DNA of 64,000 nt from a virus (taxonomy: Duplodnaviria; Caudoviricetes). The position numbers and the translations under genes are program-made. The notes beneath the pieces are model-generated. The model searched no databases, had not been told where the DNA came from, and worked only from the letters and a program-made list of their open reading frames with translations. This document shows positions 27,996 through 37,188 of the stretch, piece after piece; the first letter of the stretch is position 1, and each line of letters starts with the position of its first letter. Where the stretch lies: the IMG/VR virus record IMGVR_UViG_3300025121_000013; one strand, written 5' to 3'.

Positions 27996-28661
27996 TTAAA
28001 ACATTCTTTCAAATTCTTCATAACTTTTATCAAATAATAAAAAACATGCTTTATCAATTTCGGAAATATTTTTATCAAAACGAGGAATTGAAGGAAGGAT
28101 CTTATTTTCTTCTAAATTTTTAAAATCTATTAAATTATTCAAAAACTTTTTTCTAATGCTATCCAATAAAATATCAAAACAAATTTTTGTTATTTTAGTT
28201 CCAAGAATTACTAACAAGTCTTCAAAATCTTGAGTATTTTTCTCTATTTTATTTAAGGACGCTTCAATATTTTTCTTATATTCGTCCAATGCTTTATCAA
28301 AAATAATACTTTCATTTTCATCAATTTTATAATCTAATTCTTTTACAACGTTTTTAGCAAATTCTAACCATCCACCATTTATACGTTTTTGTTTATGTAA
28401 TTTTATTTGTTTATCTTCAATATCATTATACTTTTGGAAAATTGCACAAAATTCTTCAATTGTTCTCCTTAGAGAATCTCTCATTGACAGTGATGCAAAT
28501 TTATTTCCATAAATAAATTGAATTTTTTTGATTGAAAATTCACAATTAAACTTATCTAATTCTGAATCTGTTATATTTAAGGAATCAAAAAAAGAACTTA
28601 TATCTATTTCAATAAAATGACTCGTAAAAAATTTTGAGATAGAATCCGAAAATAATTTCAT
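27996..28661 (-). CDS. Hypothetical helical protein
   Basis: ATGA overlap with the upstream TelA-like gene. Confidence 0.6.
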   Translation of the reverse strand: MKLFSDSISKFFTSHFIEIDISSFFDSLNITDSELDKFNCEFSIKKIQFIYGNKFASLSMRDSLRRTIEEFCAIFQKYNDIEDKQIKLHKQKRINGGWLEFAKNVVKELDYKIDENESIIFDKALDEYKKNIEASLNKIEKNTQDFEDLLVILGTKITKICFDILLDSIRKKFLNNLIDFKNLEENKILPSIPRFDKNISEIDKACFLLFDKSYEEFERMF

Positions 28662-29656
28662 TCAATAAATCTTGTATCAGATGTGCTTCCCATTAATTTA
28701 GGTAATTCTTTTCTTAACCGAGCATCTTCCGCAATAACTTTATTTGCGGTTTCGATACATTTTGCTCTTCCGTTTTCGACAGCAGCTTTTACCCCTTCCA
28801 GAAGTTTTATTGTGGATATTGAAACTTGTCCAATTGTTTCAGGAAATATATCCGGAGACGATACCATTTCAGTGACTCTTTTTGTATCCGATGCGATTGT
28901 TTGGCTGCATTGAACGACAAGAGAATTTAATCCATTTCTAACCGAAGTGACTTTCTCACTTGTTAAAGCGTTTCCTAATTGCATGATATATGTGGATAAT
29001 TCGGTTTTAATTAGAACATTTAATTGAGGATAGGTATTTTCGATAAAATCTAAGAGAAGTTCAATTTCTGTTATTTGCCCTCCTAGATGAATAATATTAT
29101 TTTTAAAAATAAAAAGAAATGAATCAATATTTACAAGAGTTTTCTTCAACTTATCTAACATTTTTGAATTATCATTTATATTATTTTCAATATTATCTGA
29201 TTTATTATTTTGGACGTTTTCAATTTCTTTTGATATATCTTTTCTTAAAATATTCAATTCTGAAACTATCTGTTCTGCTTTTGACCCATAACTATAACAA
29301 GTTTCCATTTTAGCTTTAAGTTTGATAGCGTCTTCATCAAATGATTTTTTGATATCTTCCAAAACATCGCTGACCATTTTTCTATCAGTTATTTTTGAAA
29401 CAATGGAACGTTTTGTTTTTTGATAAAATTTATCTATAAATGAAGGAAGAAATTTCGTTTTTTGATCCTTGAGGTTTTCAATGCAGGAATTCATTCTTTC
29501 TATTGTATTTTTCATGTCTTCTAAATCAGCCATATTTGTATTGGCTAAAATTCCATCACTAATTTTTGTCGCCTCTTGAAAAATTACAGAAATTCTTTCT
29601 TTGACTGAAGTATATGCATCGTTGGGGCGAACATAAGAAGAAAGCTGACCCGGCAT
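28658..29656 (-). CDS. TelA-like (toxic anion resistance family) coiled-coil protein
   Basis: Length and helical pattern; C-terminal P.I..ET......L...V....NG..K resembles TelA. Confidence 0.55.
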   Translation of the reverse strand: MPGQLSSYVRPNDAYTSVKERISVIFQEATKISDGILANTNMADLEDMKNTIERMNSCIENLKDQKTKFLPSFIDKFYQKTKRSIVSKITDRKMVSDVLEDIKKSFDEDAIKLKAKMETCYSYGSKAEQIVSELNILRKDISKEIENVQNNKSDNIENNINDNSKMLDKLKKTLVNIDSFLFIFKNNIIHLGGQITEIELLLDFIENTYPQLNVLIKTELSTYIMQLGNALTSEKVTSVRNGLNSLVVQCSQTIASDTKRVTEMVSSPDIFPETIGQVSISTIKLLEGVKAAVENGRAKCIETANKVIAEDARLRKELPKLMGSTSDTRFIE

Positions 29657-29672
29657 GTTTAGTTTCTCTTTC

Positions 29673-30509
29673 TTATGAGATATTCAGTATTTCTAATTCA
29701 TCTTTTCCTGCATGTCAAGAACAACATTCAGGAAAATCTACAATAAATTCTCCATCAGATGAACGTTCTTTAATATATCCAATGCTTTCTGGTGTGACAC
29801 TTCCCCAACTGTATCTTGGGGTAATTCCTTTTTTGACTTTTACGGCTGTTCCTTTATCTAAATAAAATCCTAAACATTGAAAACAATGTTCTATAAATCC
29901 ATCTGAATAATATTTTGTATTTACATAAATTTTTTCTCCATCTTTGAACTTAATTAATATATCCATATGTAATTGACCTAAAAAATGCAATAATAATTTA
30001 TAACACAGATTTGAAATATTAGCCCCTAAAATGTTTAATAAGTTTTTTGTTTCTTTTATGTTTTCAGATAATTTATCAACAATAATACCATAATTATTTT
30101 CAACATCTAAATAAGATTTTTGAAATAATTTTTTATCATCTTTTTCTTTTTCATTAATCATATCTGAGCCGATTAATATTTCTAATTTTTCTGTCATGTC
30201 ATTGATTACTTTTAAAGTAATTTTTGTTTTTCCTATATATTCACATAAATCATCTTGTTCTTTTTGTAGTTTTGTAAATGTTGAATATATCCTTAAAAAC
30301 TCATTGCAACTTTTTAAAATATCTGTTTTATAAATTTCACCTTGATATTTTTTCTGACTTAACAATTGTTTTATTTGCTCTATTGAAAAATCTGAATTAA
30401 ATTTTTTTATAGTATCCGTATCAATTGATTTGAAAAAATCTAATGATTCTCCATCTAATTTATTTTTCTTTTTAAATATTTTCTTATAAAAAGGTGTGTT
30501 AACTGACAT
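29673..30509 (-). CDS. Coiled-coil protein with a C-terminal HERC2/KEG-like SH3 repeat, interrupted by TGA at 29715-29717
   Basis: VKVKKG.TPRYSWGSVT.ESIG.I......IVDFPE, then TGA-H-A-G-K-D-E-L-E-I before TAA at 29673. Confidence 0.55.
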
Positions 30510-30678
30510 TTGAAAATTTAATCAACACACTTTCTTTTAATTTCATTATATCTTTTTTGACAAATAAACAATAATAATCACAAATCCTTATTAAAATACA
30601 TTGTTTACAGTTTAAAAATTTTTTTCCATAATAATGAAAAATCATAGGATTTAAGTCAAACATAATAAATTTGGGCGA

Positions 30679-31026
30679 TTAATCTTTTTCAACTTTATAT
30701 CCTTCTTTAGGAATATTATATGTTTGATATTTTATAATTTTTGTCATTCCACAATGTTCACAAGTTGATGTCTCAACTTCTTCTTTTATTTCTAATTCAA
30801 CATAATTATATCCGTGTCCTGTTTCTGGATCATTTCCGTTTGTTAAATCCACTGAATTCCACCAGACCATTTCTTCATCACAAATTGGACACTTCCATTT
30901 CTCTTGTAAAGGAATTTCATCATCCACCCAAGAATAATTTCCAGTTGGATTTTTTGGATCAAAAGAGTCAAATGAAAATTGATGACCATTTTTACAAAGT
31001 ATTTGATCATAACCTTCATAGGACAT
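30679..31026 (-). CDS. Hypothetical Cys/His-rich protein
   Basis: C.NGH, CPIC and CEHC motifs; AAGG RBS. Confidence 0.65.
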   Translation of the reverse strand: MSYEGYDQILCKNGHQFSFDSFDPKNPTGNYSWVDDEIPLQEKWKCPICDEEMVWWNSVDLTNGNDPETGHGYNYVELEIKEEVETSTCEHCGMTKIIKYQTYNIPKEGYKVEKD

Positions 31027-31089
31027 ATTTGGCGTTTCCTTTCAGAGTTTTTGAGTTCAATTAATATTTTTATTTTAAGATGAAAAGGT

Positions 31090-31166
31090 TGGTCAGGGCG
31101 AGAGGATTTGAACCTCCGACATCCAGCTCCCAAAGCTGGCGCGCTACCAGACTGCGCTACGCCCTG
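31090..31166 (-). tRNA. tRNA-Pro(UGG)
   Basis: CCAGC-TT TGG GA-GCTGG; encoded CCA. Confidence 0.93.
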
Positions 31167-31174
31167 ACTTGAAA

Positions 31175-31474
31175 CTATTTACTTAGAGACTTTATTTTCG
31201 ATTCTTTCCATTCAAAAAGTTTTTCACCACTTTCACTTTGAAGACAGAAGAAATACATTGGGCCGTTAGACCATGGAGTACATTGAACTATTTCTTTTAT
31301 AATTATGCCAGTTTTTGTTTTATATTGTTTTAGACATGGACACCATCCCATATCATTCTCAGTTGGTTGATTATAAATTGTTCCTATTGGGGTTCCTTTT
31401 TTATCTAAATTACAGTTTGTTTTTAACCATTCCTTTGCTTTTTTAGTCAACCCAACTTCCTGGTATGATCTCAT
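31175..31474 (-). CDS. Hypothetical protein
   Basis: AAGGAG RBS; fills the gap between two tRNAs. Confidence 0.65.
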   Translation of the reverse strand: MRSYQEVGLTKKAKEWLKTNCNLDKKGTPIGTIYNQPTENDMGWCPCLKQYKTKTGIIIKEIVQCTPWSNGPMYFFCLQSESGEKLFEWKESKIKSLSK

Positions 31475-31558
31475 GAAACTCCTTGGAGAGGGATTGGATT
31501 GAATGGATTGATTGTGAGATTAGAAATTTACAAAGATGACATGAAAATTAAAAATATT

Positions 31559-31854
31559 TGGCGCGCTCGGAAAGATTCGAACTTTCGACCTACAGCTTCA
31601 TACCACTACGGCTTTCACCGCCAATTAGAAATTGTTTGTGGTCTGGACTTTGCCTTTACCATGCGCAAATATTGCGTTTAGGTACCCCCCGTCAAGTCTC
31701 TACACCTTCCCAAAAATCTTGGGCTTGGCTCGGCGTTACCATCGACTTTACGTTAAGGATTCACCGAGTTTGAGGGAATTCGACATTGAGTTTCCTCAAT
31801 GAAGTCCAATAGTTACATAGAAGGCTGTTGCTCTATCCGCTGAGCTACGAGCGC
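31559..31854 (-). tRNA. tRNA-Arg(UCU) split by a group I intron (exon 1 31819-31854, exon 2 31559-31598)
   Basis: Spliced exons give a 76-nt cloverleaf: GCGCTCG acceptor, ACAGC-CT TCT|AA-GCTGT, TTCGAAT T-loop, G-CCA. Confidence 0.92.
31599..31818 (-). mobile_element. Group I intron (IC3-like, 220 nt, no ORF) inserted after U36
   Basis: 5' exon ends in U and intron ends in G; core strings CAAACTCGGTGAATCCT, GGTAACGCCGAGCCAAG, GAAGGTGTAGAGACTTGACGG and GGTAAAGGCAAAGTCCAG. Confidence 0.9.
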
Positions 31855-31895
31855 GTGATTTATTCTTTATTTTATCACTTTAATAATTTTCTCTC

Positions 31896-33614
31896 CTAAG
31901 AAATTAATTCTTGTTCAATTTCTCTGACCAATCTCAAAAGATTATTTTTTCGGGTAATAGAAGTATTATATTCCCACAATATACCTCTAGTGCTTACTAA
32001 TGCATGAATTGTCGCTAATTCATCATTTGAGGTAAAAGTCCAAATCCAATTTCGATGAGAATAATTTTTTGTCGTATATTGTTTTCCAAATTTGTTTTTA
32101 AAATATTCTTTATTTTTTAAATCTTTTACCCTCTCATGATATTTTTTAATGAAATCGATGTTATTATAGAAAAAACATTCTCTTAAAACATTACTTAAGG
32201 GATCGGTATTATTCTCATCATATGTAACTAAGTTGATTTTCATATAATATTTTCCTTTCAAAGCGGATTTAAAAAACATAAATATTTTTTATCTTGTTCT
32301 TTCGGAATTTCAAAAGTTTTATCTTCATCTAAATAAAATGTCTCAGTTAATCCCACTGTAAATAAAAGACAATCTTTTGTTCTAGTACATGTTTTTATAT
32401 ATCCGTTTCTAAATTTATTAGCCAACCCATAAGATTCTGAACAAAAAATAATTTTTCGACCTTGTATCGATTTTCCCATATCCAATTCTTTTAGGACATC
32501 TGGATGGATATTATCAAAATGATAATGCCACGGAACCCATTTAATAATAACTAAATCTAAAAGAGGTAACATGTATTGATAATTTCCATTAAGAGGGAAA
32601 CAAAAAATTAACCCTTGTTCTTTTAATCTTTTTCCCACTTTTGAACATAAAGGACAAAATAATGTTTCACTCGCAGCTTCTTTTATAAATTCTTGTCTAC
32701 AAGATGCACAATATATTTTTTCTTCCATTTATTTTGACCCCAGAATTTTAGAAGAAGGATTTAATTTTTATTTTAGTTCTATGTATTTTTTCCAGTCACT
32801 ATTATATATTTGAAAAAGTGGTCTCTTACGTATAGTAATTAATTTATCTTTTAAAAATTTATTATATTCAATTGGAAGCAATTTATAAACATAAAATGTT
32901 GATAAAAATAAATCAAAAAATAAATATGCATTATTTATATTTAAAACAAGTCGTTGATCATTTTTATTAAGATGATAAATGATTTTACATTTTTTACAAA
33001 TCATTGTTAAAAGGCTAGTATCATAGTCATCTATAATCTCTAAAAATTGATTTGGACAAAATATACATTTTATCTCTGAAAAATGAGATGAAATATTAGC
33101 TTTTAAAAAATTTTTAGTATTGATACATAAATTATCACAAGAAGGATTTAAAATACATGACGGGCAAGGAAACATATTCTTTTCCTTTCTTTAAAATATT
33201 TTAAAAAATTAATAATTTTCTTTATGTGAACTTCTGGACAGCTGAAGCCGCCAGTCTTCTTCAGACTACAGCTCAATAAAAATTTTAATGTACTGGTTTT
33301 TTAGTTTCAACAAAAGGACAAAATTCTTTCATTTCACGATCCCCACAAAATTCTATATCGTTAATAATCTCAGAAATATCAAAATAACCTTTTTTAAATT
33401 GTTCAGAAAAAGTTTTAAAACATTTTTTAGTATCATGCTTTACGTCAAAACAAAAAGCAATTTCTCCACTAACATCCTGTTGCCAATTATCATCTGAATA
33501 AATTAATGTAAATCCTATTAAAGGATCAATTTCGGCTATAATGCAGGTTTCTATTAAAATATCTTTACTTTGAATCTTGATAACTTTCCCCTTTAATTCT
33601 TTTAAGTCTTCCAT
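31896..33614 (-). CDS. Four hypothetical ORFs (31896-32279, 32258-32728, 32768-33175, and the 33285 ORF with probable start near 33614)
   Basis: Co-oriented; several carry CxxC motifs. Confidence 0.55.
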
Positions 33615-33635
33615 AAGAATCCCTTCTTTTTGAAA

Positions 33636-33711
33636 TGGTGGGCCCACCTGGGTTCGAACCAGGGACCGACCGGTTATGAGCCGGTGGCTCTACCATCTGA
33701 GCTATGGGCCC
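33636..33711 (-). tRNA. tRNA with CAU anticodon, probably tRNA-Ile2 (lysidine type) rather than Met
   Basis: ACCGG-CT CAT AA-CCGGT; paired G1-C72, so not an initiator; body resembles bacterial Ile2 tRNAs. Confidence 0.85.
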
Positions 33712-33726
33712 AAAAAATAGTTTAAG

Positions 33727-35210
33727 TTATTTTTGATTTAATTTATTTTTGATTCTTATGAATAATTCTTTTTGAGTCGCTGAGTCTTTTTCACATTTTG
33801 AAATGATCGCCCCATCCACTACTAAAAACCAATGTTCATCATTTTTTAATATCGTTGCCTCAAAATCACTTTCATTTTTGATTGGGACTCTAACTTTTTT
33901 TCCGTTCAATAATTCATTAAATTTTTCAGTTGGATGATTATCTGAATAATTAATATTTTTTGAAAAATTTTCTAGCGACCTCATACAATTTTTATAAAAT
34001 GAATAAGCATTTCTAATCATTTCAGGATCATTAAGATCAATCAACATCTTAAAAAATTTTTCAACAGTAAAGTTATTGGGAATCGGTCCTTTTTCCTCTG
34101 TCATTTTTTCGTTCCTTTCGTCTCTTTAACCTTTAATTCATTTTTTCCTTTTATTATAATATCTCCTATATTTTTCACAGCTCATTACACAATCGTCTTC
34201 AAGTTCACAGCCATCACAGGGATGGTTTGTTTTAGAATTATTTTTATTCTCAATAGCAATACACTTTTCGTGTCTTAGAGTGCCTTTTTTAAAATCAAGT
34301 TCTAACCCGATCTTTCCGCCCAATTCTTCAGAAAATAATCGGCATTGATATGTTCTGCCCATATTTGAAACGACTAATTGAGGACATTTCACACCACATA
34401 ATTCTTTATTGAAAGGATTGATTGGAACGTAGACATACTTGAGATTTTTCAGATCATCTTCCATATGATAATCTCCCTTTTTGAAGTACCCAGGGCCCTA
34501 TAGTCTGAGAGGCCGGAATGACCCTATAGAGCCCTGGGACTTGTAACTAGCCCGTTTGCCGTGGTGTTGTCGTCTGAATCGGTTTAATTCGGAGGGGAAC
34601 GAGCCATGTTGGCTCCTTTCAGAAAGAGTTAAAATAATTCCTTAAAGGTCGTATATATAATTTCTCAGGGTCGATTCATCTTGAAGATTTGAATTCAAAC
34701 CCTGAGAAAAATCACTTAGTTTCAAACTCCAATCGACACTCAATTCGATTAAGCATTTTATATTCTCTTCTTTTGATTTTTAAAATTTTTCTGGCTTTTG
34801 GCTCTTGACACCATTCTGAAATATAAAATGTTCGTCCTGTATAATTAGAGAAACATATGACTCTGGCGGATTGATTTGATATTGGTAGATTCTTTTTCTT
34901 AGCCAATATCATACTCCTTTCATTGATTTTGATAATTGGAGATTGTGAATGAGATGCCTTTTTCCACTAGCCACAATATATCAGTGAGGAGACAATCAAT
35001 TATATAATGCGGAATGATAATTAATTCGGGACCTTGATTTTTTTGAATTTCCTCGGGAGATTGTTCTCGAAAAGAAAGGTCAATTATTTTTAAATTATCA
35101 TTGAGAAATTTAGATACGGAATCAATGAGGGTTCTAAAACCAATTGATTCATAATCACTATAATCGAATCGAACCTCAACCTTTTCATCAGAAATCTTGG
35201 AAACCTTCAT
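33727..35210 (-). CDS. Four hypothetical ORFs (33727-34104, 34138-34464, 34712-34912, 34920-35210)
   Basis: AAGGA/GGAG RBSs; co-oriented. Confidence 0.55.
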
Positions 35211-35240
35211 GGAACGACCCTTTCCATTCTTAACATATTG

Positions 35241-35329
35241 TGGTGCGGAGGGGAGGATTCGAACCTCCAGTGTTTCCTATGTGCCTGATTTACAGTCAGG
35301 TGCCTTCAACCAGTTCGGCGCACCTCCGC
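35241..35329 (-). tRNA. tRNA-Tyr(GUA)
   Basis: CCTGA-CT GTA AA-TCAGG; long variable arm; encoded CCA. Confidence 0.92.
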
Positions 35330-35356
35330 GTATTTTATCTTAAATAAATTCTTTCT

Positions 35357-36945
35357 TTAATCGTCATCATATTGTTTTTCAAATCCCAATCTAATTCTTC
35401 CTTCATTTTCAATTTGTTCAGTTAAATATTGCATTCTATCTATTAAATCATTGCATTTATCTTGGATCATTTCATTTGCTTTTTCTGTTAACATTCTTTC
35501 TAATTGATCATACATATCATTCAAAGTTTTTCTTGCTGGAATTTTAATTCCATTGACAATTAATTCTACGTCAAACGTCCAATCTTCTCCAGCCTTATGG
35601 TTATTATGAAGATTTTCAACTTTATGGTTTTTAGAATAAAAATCGCCCAAGCATGTCATTACAAACCAATAGAAGAAAGAACCTTGATCATTTTTAAATG
35701 AAAATTCATCTTTATTTTTTTCAATTTCTTCCAATAATTTATTTGCCTTTTCTTTAGCTTGTTCCTGAGCTTCAGGAGACATTCGTTTTCTTAGTTCTTC
35801 GAATGGTTTAGCCATTTATCTCCTTCAATCAATCCAAGGAATCCCAGGGTTATTATAATATGCGCAATACGCTGCGGTTACCACATAATGCTCATCAAAA
35901 TAAGGTTTAAATTTTTTATAAAAAGTTACTTTTGAACGAATAAATGCAGCACATTTAGGGCCTATGCAAAATTCATCATTTCTTCTTGGACATTTTCTTC
36001 CAGAAACAATTCCTTCACTCTGAGCTGATAATGACATTGCAGTATTTTTATTATTAATATTTTTTTGATTTATACTAAGAAAAGCAAGAGAGTCTGGAAA
36101 ATCATGAACGGTCATATTTTCTCCTTTTTGAAGAAAGTAGTCGTTTAAAAATAAATCAATTAAAATATGTTTTATTTATCTTTCTTTCTTTTTTTACCTT
36201 CGGACATTTTTCTAAATGACCATTTATCAAATCCTTTTTTAATTAACATATCTTTATCAGAAATATTTACAATGGGATTTTCCGTTCTAGGCAAAACCCC
36301 ACCAATGAACATTGATAATTCTTGAAAGGCGGTTTGAGCATCCATGACCTTAAAAAATTCATAATCTTTTAACATTGGATTTTTTGTGAATATGCCATTG
36401 ATGCTTCTATCAAGACGAGATATTGGGGGCTCACCTAATAAAATTGGTATTTTATTTTCTACAACATATCTCTTATATTTTTCACTTCCATTTTCTAAAA
36501 AGATGTTATCAAGAATTGTATCATATGAATCTTCTTTTCTCCTAAAGGAGATTTTTTCTAACCATTTCCAATGTATAAATAACTCTTTAATTTTTTCTTC
36601 TTTAATATTATAAGATTCTAATTTTTTTAAAAAGCTTTCTTTTGTATAATGAAAAGAAATTAAGGTTTTAGGATGTACTTCAACCATCTTATAATTTTCA
36701 ATCATAAAGGAAAAAGATAGTCGTATCCCCCTATAATATTTTCCACAGAAAATAATGAAAAACTCATCAATATTTAAATTGTTTCGCATTTTTATAGTTA
36801 TGTAACAATTATGAAAAAGAGGAATGCTTAATTCTTTAATTCCAAAAATTTCATCTTCAAACTTTCTATTAAAAATTAAGGTTCTATCTTGCCCTTGTTT
36901 TTGAACTCCATCATAATAATCATGTCGAGAGTCAATGATCCTCAA
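35357..36945 (-). CDS. Three hypothetical ORFs (35357-35815, 35825-36115, 36172-36945)
   Basis: AAGGAG RBSs; the last carries MRIID..HDYYD and FQELSMFIG...KGFDK.SFRK blocks that look conserved. Confidence 0.6.
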
Positions 36946-36969
36946 TATATATCTCCTTTCTTTTTAAAA

Positions 36970-37041
36970 TGGGGGAGTCATCTACGGGATTGCAACGCAC
37001 TCCCTAGAAAGTCTTTAGAAGACTTTCCGATGACTCCCCCA
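36970..37041 (-). ncRNA. Branched structured element: 12-13 bp closing stem and two internal hairpins
   Basis: TGGGGGAGTCATC/GATGACTCCCCCA; GAAAGTC-TTCTAAA-GACTTTC; GGGA-G-TGC-GTT-GCA-A-TCCC. Confidence 0.55.
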
Positions 37042-37092
37042 AGTAAAATTAGCGATCCTCTTCCGTCTCCTATGGATAGGGAAGGTTTGTTC

Positions 37093-37183
37093 TGGCGCCC
37101 GGATCCTGATTCGAACAGGAAACTCATTTTTCACCTTGGATCGCTCTAGATGAAAATCGCTTTGCCTTTTAAGCTATCCGGGT
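37093..37183 (-). ncRNA. tRNA-like RNA with the anticodon loop expanded by about 15 nt
   Basis: Acceptor ACCCGGA/TCCGGGC-G-CCA, D arm GCTT/AAGC and T arm TCCTG-TTCGAAT-CAGGA; no canonical 7-nt anticodon loop. Confidence 0.7.
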
Positions 37184-37188
37184 CAAAA

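Noticed and set aside
30741-31773. Track ORFs 30741-31064, 30843-31133, 31499-31681 and 31558-31773
   Set aside because: They overlap a real minus-strand gene, tRNA-Pro, or the tRNA-Arg and its intron; the intron has no sense-strand homing endonuclease ORF.
36970-37041. tRNA-Pyl assignment for the CUA-loop element
   Set aside because: No D arm, no 7-bp acceptor with G73, and no pyl genes in the window.
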